A DNA stretch of 64,000 bases from Callorhinchus milii (taxonomy: Eukaryota). The stretch spans positions 112,904,001 through 112,968,000 of the forward strand of contig NW_024704743.1 in the NCBI RefSeq assembly GCF_018977255.1, read 5' to 3'. A model generated the notes under the pieces. It was not told where the DNA came from and did no database searches. It was given only the letters and a program-made list of their open reading frames with translations. Made by a program: the position numbers and the translations under genes. Numbering within the stretch: position 1 is the stretch's first letter; each line of letters opens with the position of its first letter. Shown here one piece after another: positions 39,569 through 52,065 of this stretch.

Positions 39569-39886
39569 GGAGTCCTGTAGCTCAGTGGTTAGGGCACTCG
39601 CTTTGCAAGTGAGAGACCTGAGTTCAATTCCAGGCAGGGCGAAACCTTGGGCAAGTTTCCTTACTCCACACGCCTAATAATAATCCCTCCAAAACCAAAA
39701 ACAATAATAATAAATTGGTCATTTTCAATCCACGACTGTTTGTGGGACATTGCTGTGCGCAATTGGCTGCCGCGTTCGCCCACAAATATACAGTCAATTC
39801 ACTTTACAGTGTGTTCTGTGAAGCGCTTTGGGACGTCCTCCCGACGTGAAAAGTGCTATATCAAATGCAAGGATTATTATTATTAT
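39569..39886 (+). mobile_element. Young full-length tRNA SINE inside CR1
   Basis: Complete head to (TTA)n tail; AAATA at 39531-39535 and 39891-39895 is a candidate target-site duplication. Confidence 0.92.
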
Positions 39887-40158
39887 TTATAAATAAGTTT
39901 TACCAGGATGATACCAGGAATGAGGGACTTCAGTTATCAGGAGAGGCTAGAAAAGCTAGGATTATTCTCCTTGGAGCAGAGAATGTTAAGAGGGGACTTA
40001 ATAGAAGTTTTCAAAATTATGAGGGGATTCAATAGGGTGAATAAGGAGAAACTATTTCCACTGGCGGGTGGGTCAGTAAACTGAGGATAAAGATTTAAAA
40101 TAGTTGTTAAAAGAAACAGAAGGGAGGTGAGCAGAAATTTTTTCACACCGCGTGTTTT

Positions 40159-40474
40159 GGAGTCCTGTAGCTCAGTGGTTAGAGCACTCGCTTTGCAAGC
40201 GAGAGACCTGAGTTCAATTCCAGGCAGGGCGAAACCTTGGGCAAGTTTTCTTACTCCACACGCCTAATAATAATCCCTCCAAAACCAAAAACAATAATAA
40301 ATTGATCATTTTCAATCTACGACTGTTTGTGGGACACTGCTGTGCGCAATTGGCTGCCGCGTTCGCCCACAGATATACAGTCAATTCACTTTACACTGTG
40401 TTCTGTGAAGCGCTTTGGGACGTCCTCCCGACGTGAAAAGCGCTATTTCAAATGCAAGGATTATTATTATTATT
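40159..40474 (+). mobile_element. Young full-length tRNA SINE inside CR1
   Basis: Complete head to tail; CR1 sequence continues on both sides. Confidence 0.92.
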
Positions 40475-42174
40475 GTTCGAATCATTGCCTGAAAGGGTGG
40501 TGGAAACCGATTCAATAACAACTTTTAAGAGAGAAGTAGATAATTATTTGGGGAGGACAAGTTTGCAGGGCTATGGAGAGAGAGCAGGGAGTGGGATTGC
40601 ATTGGATAGCTCTTTTCAAAGAGCCGGCACAGACATGATGGGCTGAATGGCCTCCTTCTGTATTGTATAATTCTATGATTTGCCCACACATGCCAACGTT
40701 CAACCAGATAATCCCACATAATTTGTCTCTGAGTGCACTGCCTGCCTAGCAAGTTTGGTGCTGCTTGACCCGATAGGAAAACCCTATACATTTGGGCTTT
40801 GACTTGCAGGGTTAACAGTAGTTGAATGGGATGAATCCCCACTCCCAGTGACTGGTGTGCCCTTCCAAGACCTGCTGATGAGCCAGGCTAGTTAATAATA
40901 ATAAGTCTGTAATTAGCAGTACCCTAAAGTACTGTGGACCTGCCTGGCTCAGGATCCGGAATAACAAAACTGCCTCAGAGAGCTGACTCAATTTCAACAT
41001 TGCATAGCTAAGCACGTTACCTTGAAACCAGCTCAGCTCCCTTCGAAGGAAGTTCGTCACTAGTTGGTCTTCTAATCATAATAATACTCCTCAATCCTTA
41101 TAGCTTTTGATCAAGACATGGACATTTTTGCCAGAAGGCACTTTTCTGATGTGTTAATGCCCATGGCTGTTTGTAGATCAAGTTATATTTAGAGGTTTTG
41201 TGATCATTTCACTCCACACTTTACACATAACTAGACACATTATACTCTGGGATCTGTAATTCAGAACCACAGGGCATGTCAGTATCACATTTATGATGAT
41301 TACACGTGCAGTAATTGTACTAAGGTTGCTACAAGCAGCACAAAGATGCATACTGTAAAGGAACTGTGCATCATATGTCCACAGGGACCTTCTGTAATAC
41401 TGTCTTCAAGCACTATGTCCCTGGCGTAAGATGAAATGGAATGTTTTGTGGTGGCACATTTAAATGAAATCTCTTCAAATTGATTCTGAAAAGGTTACTT
41501 ATCAGCAATATTATCAGGTTTTCATTTGTTGCGTCAGTAGCAGAGTACCATTGTGTTGGAAAGCAGTTGAAGATAGGTTTTCTTCTTATGAATCAGAACA
41601 AGAAAATGGTATTCAGAAGCTCTCATTGTGTGGAGCTTTTTTGACAGATTTGTTAGAACGATGAGTACAAGTGAGTTTCTTTGATCCACTTTAGATTGTT
41701 GTAGGATGAAGGAACCAAGCTCATAGATGTGTTTTGGAATGTGAAGAAGTGCCTACTGGTTATTAAATTTGTCACAAAATAACCAGTTGTTTAAATTTAT
41801 TATCTTAAAGTGATTTGATCCATGTGTTTGAACGTGATCTGCTAAGATTTGAAACATACCTATTAGAGGCAGCAATTCCTCTCAGTACCCCTCCCCATGA
41901 TCTTCGTGGTATTCGATTAGTCCATCATTTTAAAAGATAAATTGGGTTTGTTCTCAGAGATTGCTGCAGAGCTCCCATCATTTATTGAATAGTTTGAGTA
42001 CACGCTGCCAGTTGCACAGTTGAGCTCTGGTACCTCACAGTTCTAACCTGATAATGCGCACTCCATTGTCAGGTGGTTTTACATGACCATTGCAAAGATC
42101 ACTTTCTATATGAATGCAGATCCTCAGCTGGACTGCTATCCTCACACTTGCACGCTTTATGTTACAGTCAGTCT

Positions 42175-42553
42175 TATAATAATAATAATAATTCTTGCAT
42201 TTGATACAGCGCCTTATCATGTCTACAAGATGTCTCAAAGCACTTCACAGAATATAGTGTAAAGTGAATTGACTGGATATTTTGTGGGCAAAACGCAGCA
42301 GCCAATTGCACACAGCAGTGTCCCACAAACAGTCGTGGATTGAGTGACCAATTATTTTTATTTATTTTGAAGGAATTATTACCACCGGAAAAGCAATCCG
42401 CCAATCGACAAACAACTGGGTTCCTACTTACTACTCGGTAAACAGAGGCCTGTCGAGTAAGGAAACTTGCCCAACGTTTTGCCTTGCTGGGCATCGAACC
42501 CAGGTCCTCTCGCTTGCGAGGCGAGTGCTCTAACCACTGAGCTAAAGGACTCC
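42175..42553 (-). mobile_element. Full-length long-variant tRNA SINE
   Basis: Head, roughly 65-bp extra internal segment, core and tail. Confidence 0.9.
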
Positions 42554-45454
42554 ACTTATCTGTTGATGCTAATTGTGCATCATTGTCTGTGCCAGTGAGC
42601 CAATTGGAAGTGATTAGAAATTTTAATGTTCAGAAATCTGAGTAATTGCTTGATCAAAATGGCCTGAGGCTGCCAGCAGAGCATTGTGTGCACAGCTGAT
42701 CTTGTTATCAAGGACTCAGTTCCAGTCTAAATGTATTTGCTTTTGGTAATTTTCAGATCTTCGCAAAACAGCTGCCCACATCTATTCATGTGCAATGTAA
42801 TTGAACTCACGCAGCTATCATTTTGTTTGCTATAACCCTGTGGTTGTTGGTGTACTTGTGCCAATTGCGTCAGCGAGCCTAAGCAGCTTTGCCTAATACG
42901 AATTCATAGCCCTGGCAGGAAACTGAGTGTACTCTCCATTGCACGTAATTCTCACAACATGAGAAAAGGAAATTTTGTTTCAATTTGTAATAATTTTACT
43001 TTTGTCAGTATTGCACTTACTTGCTGTTGAACATCTGTCAATGAGTTTGTTTGTAAGTTGTTTGGCATGTTCCTTCATATGATGTATGATGCTTGACCAA
43101 AAAAGAGCTTCTTGCTGATGGGGGTGAGGGGTTGAGGATTACCATGTTTGAGTTTCAGCTTAACTCATAAAGTTGAGGTGTTAGACGTAAAATTCAGTTT
43201 GGAGCCTACACACTACTGCAGAAGCCTCCCTAGACTAACAGCAAAGCACAGGCTTGGAGATACAGATATATACTCACTCATACAGTGTTACACACAGGCA
43301 CCACTGCACTGGGAGCCATCTGGTACTTGGCTCTTATCCCTAATCCTGGCAACACTACAAACACGTATACATCATTCTACCAGGAAGATCTGGTCTCCTT
43401 CTCACTAAACTAATGGAGGACAATTGAAATTGGAAATAATAAGTGTTCCACTGTACTGAGACACTAACTTCCAATCACAACGAATATTCAGTATGACACT
43501 TGTTCTTGGAACTACAATGTGTAGAAATTACTGCACTTACTGATAACAGTTGACTAACTAAATAGTTTGATTCTTTTGTGATTGTTCAAAAACTTACACA
43601 ATTATTCTTCAGGCACCAGCTCCGCCACCTTCCACCCACAGATGTATGTATCAGCATTACATCCTGAAAAGAAAGACAGACCATTTGAAAAAGAATCCTT
43701 CTGTCCCAGGAATAAATACTTGCTAACTATTTTTTTAAGAAAAGGGACGGCTTTGTCCTCCAGTAACAACAGCATTCAGCATTAAAAAGACCTGATCCCA
43801 TTTTCTTTCCATTTTTTTCCTTATTTCCTCTGGAAATGTGTGTATGGCACTTTGCATTGATGGCACAACTCGATATTAGAAGCCAACCATGTGGGAAATG
43901 GCAGGGTGTTAGAGTGCCCTTATTCTATGTCTTTCATAATAATAATCAAAATAATTATCTTTTCATTTGATACAGTGCCTTATCCCGTCTTCGAGATGTC
44001 TCAAAGAGCTTCACAGAATACACTGTAAAGTGAATTGACTGTATATTTTGTGGGTGAAATGCGGCAGCCAATTGCGCACAGCGATGCCCCACAAACAATT
44101 GCGGATTGAGTGATCACATTTTTTTGAATGCTCCAAACTAAAGCAAAGCCAGAATTAAGCTTATTTATATAACTTACTTCATGTGGTGGTGGGGAGTGGG
44201 GATACAAATTAATAATTGAAAACCTGGTTACGCATGTCAAATGTGCCATACATAAAAAAAGAAATAAACTTAGAATAACGTTGAAATAAAATAAATAATA
44301 AGGTGGCAGAGAAGAATCAAGTACAAAGAGATTCTAGATGGGAATATTGCTGATGTGGAAAATCCTGATTTATTATTTTTTACTATTCTGTTCAAGAATA
44401 AACTGTCACTTCCTTAATTTTTATAGTAAACCTAAGATGCTCATTTTCACTGTAGTCTTGCAAACAGAAAGTTGCTTTTCTGTAACTGAGTCAGATGATC
44501 CCTGGATTAGGAAGCAGTCATAACAGGGGGCCCATTAGAGGGGAGAAGAGAAAGAAGGAGAGGATGGAAAATTAGTTCCATTACTTTCGTAATTTGAAAG
44601 AAAATATTTCACTTCAGTTGTGCAGAGGGAAAGTCAGTGAAAAGATATAACAAGAGTTAAATATGAGGTTAAATTATCTACAATTGAAGCATTCCTGTTA
44701 TAATGTTAATCAATCAGTTCAGTTTACATTATGTCCTATGTTCTTTTACCTATACATATTACATTGCTGAAGTTTTTATGTTGAAAAGCTATTGTATTGT
44801 AAACAGTTTTCGTATTACGATTTTTGGATTGATAATTCACTATTCAAAGAACTTAGAATAAACTTAAATTAGCTTTTAAAACAGCTATTGTCTTGGTAAA
44901 TTTTGAGTTTACTTGTGATGTACTAGAAAGCAGAAACCTCGCCTACTCTTGTTCTGAATGCAGATTACTTTTAGATTGCATTATGTAATATGTAATTGGA
45001 AGTCAGCAGCTTCTGACTAACGTTGTTTGGTAATTTGTCTGAGGACACTGGGCCTTAAGGGAATATGGACATGCACATCTGTCTTTGTGCCCATCAGGTA
45101 TCATGGCTCCAGCAGTTATTCCAAGAGCTTCTCCAAGTGAGCACAGTGGGATCTCTGTCAGCTGCAAGATTTATGTTAGTTCCTCTATTCTGAGAGCTGT
45201 TCTTTCAGCTCCTGACATCTGGATCCAATTGAAAAGACATTCAGTGCTTTGGAAAAGTATCTTACAGGGAGAAAGAGTGCAGACAAGTCTGTGAGAGGAC
45301 CAGGTGGCAGTTGGTTAAGTAAGATGAACTGAGGATAGATTATCAAACTCATTTGTGCAAAAATATTATTTAGACAAAGTCTCTTTATTAACATATTTCT
45401 GAAACTCTTGCATCTATTGAGAGATTTTGGTTTGTGGGTGTGTTGTAACAGGCT

Positions 45455-45820
45455 TTGTGGACCCTATTTTCAAAACACTTACTATTGTACAACTTGCAAA
45501 ATGTGTTGTGGAATTTTTAAAAAATTCTTAAAATCTTAGATTTGCAGATGTTTTTTTGAAATGAGACTGTGACTGCCAAAACTTCTGCTGTAATAACAGA
45601 CCAGCCGGGGTTGGCAACAGATGCATTATTTCTGTGCCAAAATCAATCCACAGGATGCAAACTTTGCACCGTAAATCTTGGGAACAACAGAGGACCAGAA
45701 TTTCTCAGGAACTTAACCTTCAGAGCTGTATAATAAAATTTAAGATTGTGCAGAAATTTTAAGAATTTTTGAATTCAGTCTTAGTTTAGAACCTGGTCTT
45801 GAACTTTGGAAAACTGGCCT
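45455..45820. mobile_element. Old MITE-like element with inverted-repeat arms
   Basis: Perfect 15-bp inverted repeat AAAAATTCTTAAAAT (45520-45534 and 45756-45770); related fragments at about 10075-10330 and 14245-14320. Confidence 0.45.
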
Positions 45821-48800
45821 CTAAATTATGTCACCAAGGACATGGGTAGAGCTCAAGTAACACAATGTTAATTTTCAATGTTGTTAAAGGGACGACTAGG
45901 TAAAGCATTTTACGTGGTGATACTTTTGAGTGGAGCACGAATTGGTTCAACCATTTATGCTGCATTCAAAGCAGTGTCCTGGCAGAGCTATTGCCTAATA
46001 ATGAAATCGGCAGCCTGGCTGGTCTGAAGCCAGACAAACGTTTCTTGTGACCATTCAATGACAATTCAAAAATATTAGGGGATTTAGTCGATACTGTGGA
46101 GTACATTGATTCAAGATGAGTCATTTTCTGACTTTAAAATGCATCAAATTAAATTATCTCTTCAATATTAAAATTTCCATCTTTCCATTTTTTCATCGTA
46201 ATCCATGAATTTAAATTGCTGTTTGATTTTCTGTGTGATATCTCTGGAATGAAATTAATAGTTGACAACTTCCTTTCAAGAACGTGCATTCTGGTTTGTT
46301 ATATTTTAACCTTTGATGATTGAAAAAAAAATTGCCAATTAAACTAAAGATATTACCTTCGGGTTTATCCTGCTCAGGTGTTTTTTTTACTGCCCCGCGT
46401 CCTTCAGTTGAAAAGATTTGTTGTTGTAAAGGGCATCGAAAGGGGAAATCAGGCTTCAAATGAAAATCTATTGAAAGAAAGATATTTCCTGCTGAAATGC
46501 CCGAAATAACCAGAACTCAGTGATATTTGAAGAATATGCATTCATGCATTTTCATGTAAGTGTTCAGATTTGATAAACGTTGGCATTTTATCTTCTGACT
46601 GAGATAGAAATCAACCAAACCAGTCTCTTTCTCCAGTGTTTACCATCGTATGTTACATTGGACCAATGAGAATAGAGAAAGTTACATTGCTTTATGTAGT
46701 TCTGATTGGTTAGAATATCCATTCAGAACTATAACCGAAGTGTATGTAAAAACAATAATTCAAATACAATTTACAATTACATAGTGTCGCTTTTCATGTC
46801 AGGAGGATGCCCCAAGGCGCCTCAGCACTCAGAGACACTACTCTGTGTGAAGGGAGCTATACAAATGTGAGTAGTTGTTCACATTGCTCGCTGGGCAACC
46901 AAGCTGGAGAATGTGAGGTAAATAGGGTGGGGAAGGGAAAGATGACCGAAGCATGGTCAAAGGAGTAAGTCTTCAGACAGATATTGAACATGGGCACAAG
47001 GGAGGAAGCAAGTCAGAGGGATTCTGGGATCGAGTTCCAGAGAGCAGGGCAGAATGGCTGAAAGCTTGTCCACCAATAGTGGAATGGATTAGACAAGAGA
47101 GCAGTGCTTAGACAGTGTGTCCCAGCAGCCGAACACCTCCCAACCAGTCCATGTCCAAGTAGCACAACAGTTCCCCTTCAGCTGATTCTGCATGTTGATC
47201 GTATTGTATTATAGACTATACATACCTCCTGGTGTTTAGAAAAAGGCATTGAGGTTGAACAATGTTTGAACAGGAATAGCAGGAATTGTGTCTCAGAGCA
47301 CCTCAGAAGGCAAAGTCTATTTTGTACAAGAAACCTTATGTATGTCACTAGGATTTGCAAGAGCTCTACTCCAAGTCGATTCCAGTTGGAGCAGAGTTCT
47401 CCCGAGTTAGTGTGAGGTCTATACATGAGGCATACGTCACATCCCAAGTTGTTTTTTTGGTGCAAAGCAGCATTTACACTAAGGTTTCCCTTCAAAAGCT
47501 GCTTCAACCCCTCTGTTTTTGAGGGTTAACAGGACTAAAGTAGATCAATTATAATCTGGTCAAGATCAATGAATTTCCTCACTGTTCTACAAAAGAAGCC
47601 ATTCAAAATAATCTGTTTTATAAGACGCACGAAGAGAACCAACATCTGCTGAAAAAGCACAACTTGTAAGTTAAGCATTTAAGTTCAACGTGTTTAGCAC
47701 AAGACTTTTATTCAGTGCATTACTGTCAATTGCAATAGACTGTTTTGATTTAAAAAACAACACATTTCTGCCAGAGATGAATGACCTTTACTTCCATTGA
47801 GAAATAGTTTTTTTAAATGTGGTTTAGTTTTTAAATCATGAAATTATATTGCTTTCATCTGGTTTTCCTTTGACAAACAAGGGCTGGGTTTCCTCAATGA
47901 TACAGCTTGACAGGACTTGTCTTTGAGCTGTTAGTTGAATTTTTGTCTTTCCCACCAGGTAGCTTCTCTTTTACAAATGAAACTTATTTTATGACACAGT
48001 ATTTTTCACAAATCTATAACCAGTAATTCTGCCAACAGCTTATTTGCAACCTGTTTGGTTTATGTGGGCAAAAGGTCAAAATGAGAAACATACTCACACA
48101 TGGGCCTGTTATATCCAAAGAAAGCTCTGCGTATGGCAGTACGTATTCTGGCAAACACATTTTCTACAGTAAGGGGAAGGAATACGTTTATTTTACTTGT
48201 CATTTGTATGTTAAAATAAAAGGATATCAAAGGCATTCGAGTGTATAAAAACATAGTAATAATTTCAGGTGGGGTGATCATGGGTCCACATAGACGACTC
48301 CACTAACATCCTAAAAGATCACTTTGAATTTCATTTTAAAAATGTTTGCTTTCACTAGAAAGGTGACTGAAGCTAAACTTTTAGGGTAAATGACTTGAAA
48401 GATCACTTGTGATTATCAGGGTCGGTTTTAATGAGTAGGAAATGTTCACCAAAAAAAACATATCTCTGCTCTTGTTTTGAAATTGTGTCAGTCGGTATAA
48501 TTGCCAACCTTCCCACATACATTTAGAATGGGGAAATCAACTATAAGTACCTGTCGGGTTAGCTTGAATTTCCCCCCAACAATTCCTGGCTAATCAGGAT
48601 GTTGCTCCTGGAAATAATAATAATGTTCACTTTCTCCCTGGAAGTTGCTTTGCTTTTGCTCACCCTGCAAGGACAATCCTCGAGGGGCAGATGGTGATTG
48701 AAACTACTTTGGTCCACTAATTGAATAGCAGAGTTTCTCTCATACTACTTGTTACAGGATATAGTTGCTCTTTAAGTGGTTATGTCTTTAGTCTTGCTTC

Positions 48801-49443
48801 CTCACCCACACATCACATTTGATGAGACTGGGATTTATGTTCATTAACTGTAGATTTGCTTATCACCGCACTTTAATCTGAGCTTTCCTCAAGTAGACAG
48901 GGTTTTCTTCAGAACCCATCAGGCTCGATCGTCTGCTTAGTCTTAGCTGGCAATTTGGAGGCCATTTTTCAAGAGTTTCTAAAAGAACTGATTTTGTATT
49001 GCTGAATTAGTACCAGAGTTCCTAAAAAAGGATAAAAGTATAATCATCGCTCTGCTCACAGTCTCTGGCCCCACAGTTAGCTCTTCCTGGTCAGTTAGCT
49101 GCATGCAGGTGTAAAAAGAACAGGAAATTGTCTTTATTTAGTCAATTTCTTGATGCAGGCTGTCAAAATCTGGTTACAACTCCAAATGAAGAGTTTTAAC
49201 TCAGGGATTCCCTTACCCCATGTTAAAACACCTCTTGTGGAGATCCTGTATAAATTCATATCCCAGTTCTTTTACACACTAGCAAGGAGGCCTGGAGCAG
49301 TGTCCTGATTGCAGGTAAATCCTTCAGTGACAACGCTGGTGTCAATTAAATATGTAATAGGAAGATATTTGTAGGTATTTAAAAATCACTTTAAAATGAT
49401 GGATCCAATGGAGCTTACAGTGCTTTGTTTTTGGTTCCCACAG

Positions 49444-49532
49444 GCAGCTCTAAGTGCCTTGAAACAGCTGTCTGAACAAGGACTCGACCCGATGGAAGGT
49501 GCAATCAAGATAGAAAATGGATCTGTTGAAAT
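49444..49532 (+). CDS. STAU2: Staufen2 penultimate coding exon, 89 bp (end of dsRBD5)
   Basis: Read by hand: AALSALKQLSEQGLDPMEGAIKIENGSVE plus AT. Acceptor ttttggttcccacAG, donor GTaagt. Phase 0 start fits either upstream exon. Confidence 0.95.
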
Positions 49533-50684
49533 GTAAGTGTATTTTATTTCCGCTAGTAGCTCAATGGAACCCTTCATAGTGAAGCCCTTTTAACAAAATG
49601 TCATTTATGAGTTTTACTATACACTGTATTAAGAGTCATATTAGTGCTAATGACTGACTAGCAGAACAGTTACATTAGAATATACAGCACAGAAACAGGC
49701 CATTCGGCCCAACTGGTCTATGCCAGTGTTTATCCTCCTGCCCTTCCTCAACTAAGCCTTCAAGCATAACCTTCTATTCCTTTCTCCCTCATGTACCTAT
49801 TTAGCTTTCCCTTAAACAGTTACTTAAAGAATTTAAGTTTAATATTACTAAATTTCCAACTTGGATTTCAAGACTCTAATCAAACTATGTTCTGCTTGTT
49901 CAGGTTGAGAACCTGCACTGAAACTACTGGATACTTGACGTAAAAGAGTTACAGTCCTGAGGATTTCTCTTCCTGTAGATGAATTAGAATAAATTGTTTT
50001 TAAAAGACCAGCACAGAGCTTTAATCAGTGTCTGACGAACATTATGAACTTTCTTACTGTATGTATTTGTTTAGCATTTATATAATGTAAATGCCCACTT
50101 GCTCCTTAGTTCAGTTTTTCACTATAACTAAGTATTAATTTCATGATAACATGGTTAAGTTCACTGTAAGCCAACACTACAGTGGTAAAAACAAAAATAA
50201 ATTTACTGTGTGTATTCATGTATCAATTACATTTTTCTGCAGCCAACAATTAATATTATGCATTTTCAAACTTGGGCTGGTTTTCCTTACTTTGGACAGG
50301 AAAGCCTGAAGTAAAGTGCCATTTCCATCAGTGAGGCTGGTGGCTCCATAGTCTACAAAGATAGCTTTGGCTGGATTCTTAAACTTTTTGTGGCTGGAGC
50401 TGAACCTTTGGGACTCAGATTGCCGCCTTTCAATGTCATTTTACAGGTTAACAATTTGACTAAGTTGACCTCCTACTGTATTTGAACTCTCTTGATTTTC
50501 TACAGCTCTTTTGGGGGATTGTCAAAAACCAATTTCCACATTAATACTGAATTTAAGAATATTTATCAAAACTCCACACAATCATAGATTTTAAAACAAT
50601 TGTTTCACAAAGAATTTCTGACCCAGGAACCTTCGTAATCTTTGTCGCTCAGCATCATATCACACAGCACATTTGCCACTGAGA

Positions 50685-51195
50685 TAACAACAATAACTTG
50701 CATTTATAGAGCGCCCTTTATATAGCTCGTCTCTGAAAGCTTAACAGTGGTGGAGCCCGATGCTGAGCCGGGTGGAGGGGGTGGACAGTCTTCAAGCACA
50801 ACCTGAAAATGAGGAGAGAGGGGCAAGGCGAATGCATAATGGCTGAAAGCATACCCGCCGATAGTGGGGACAAGGAGGAGGCCAGAGCCATTCAAGTGGG
50901 AACAGCAGGTAGTAGTGTAGGGAGAGAGCAGACGAGAGAGATAGGGGAGTCAGGGTGTAAATGAAGGCATTTAAATACAAGAGTGAGGATCTTAAAATCG
51001 ATCCGCTGTGTGACAGGGAGCCAATGGAGTTTGAGAAGGACTGAGGTAATGGAGGTATGGAGTTTAGTGCGGGTGAGAATGCGGGCAATGGAGTTTGGAA
51101 TTAGTTGAATTTTGTGAATAGTGGAGCCGGGGAGACCGGCGAGGAGGTTGTTTGAGTAATTGTGGTGGGAGGTGATAAAGGCGTGACCCAGGCTG
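50685..51195 (-). mobile_element. Decayed L2 LINE 3' end
   Basis: L2 tail plus decayed QNS..RIL, HWLP and IGG.AFS coding remnants. Similar older ends at about 5350-5720, 46780-47090, 51520-51745 and 55355-55550. Confidence 0.8.
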
Positions 51196-51932
51196 TAATG
51201 ATATCTAATGAGATATAATTAGAGCTCGAGGAAAGAGCAGAGATTTGGGTTTTACCAAAGTAAAGCTTCTCCTCATTGGAGGAGCAAACAATAAGACAAA
51301 TATAAAGGGTGAAATGACCTCCTGTGTTGCAGATTTCTATGGTTATTCTCAGAATTTTAGTTTAGCCTTTATGTCTTTGAATGGGTGAATTTCTACAAGT
51401 ATAATATATTTCAGGATAAATTTATATTTGGGGTTAATAAATTTAGATTAATTTGGCAAAGACATTGGACCTCAGATTGCAGCCTTGTATTTTATTTTAA
51501 ATGCAAAACAAGTTACATTTTCCGAGCACCTTTCACATCAGGAGGATGTCTCAAAGTGCTTCATAATGTTGGATTGGCATCCGAGCTGGGATGGGAGCTA
51601 AGGGGGTGGGTGGGGAAGATGACCAAAAGTGCATTCATAGGAGTCTCGTGTTGTGGCTTGGAGAGTGGGGAGGAAGCGAGTCAGTGTGATTCTGAGATAG
51701 AATTCTATAGAGCAGGGTGAGAATAGAATGGCTGAAAGCCGATAAGGTGCATTAAACATATAGTTTGATGACATTTCTCTAACAATGTTTCTGTGTGATC
51801 TCATCCCCTCTGTCGCCTGTACCTTTGTGTTTAACATGTGAGGAATGTTACATCAAGTGGACACGTTTGCAAACTATTTTAGAATTGTGCGACCGAGGGT
51901 TTGAGCTGCTTTCGCTAAATTTGTTTTCACAG

Positions 51933-52065
51933 ACCATCCACATTTCTGGGAGAGATGGCAGAAAATAAACAGGCTAACTCAGGCACCACAGCTCAGGACT
52001 GCAAGGATTCAAAGGCTGTCGTCAAGGAGCCTGTAGCACCCACGGCCGCCACTGCATCCTTATAA
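51933..52065 (+). CDS. STAU2: Staufen2 terminal coding exon
   Basis: Acceptor ttgttttcacAG (51931-51932). The first base completes ATA; then PSTFLGEMAENKQANSGTTAQDCKDSKAVVKEPVAPTAATASL and TAA at 52063-52065. The AQDCK motif matches the STAU2 C-terminus. Confidence 0.9.

Larger units (their letters stand above)
38841..40680 (+). mobile_element. 5'-truncated CR1-clade LINE interrupted by three SINEs
   Basis: DTKLG, WQMKFNVEKCKVMH, LYKTLVRPQLEYCVQFWAPH and RMIPGMRDFSYQERLEKLGLFSLE pieces; CR1 3' end gatgggctgaatggcctccttctg...ttctatgatt. Confidence 0.92.

Noticed and set aside
39647..39892. Recurrent 'MGKFPYS...RNWLPRSPT...KCKDYYY' ORFs resembling a small protein family
   Set aside because: Chance frame in the repeated SINE; no coding evidence.
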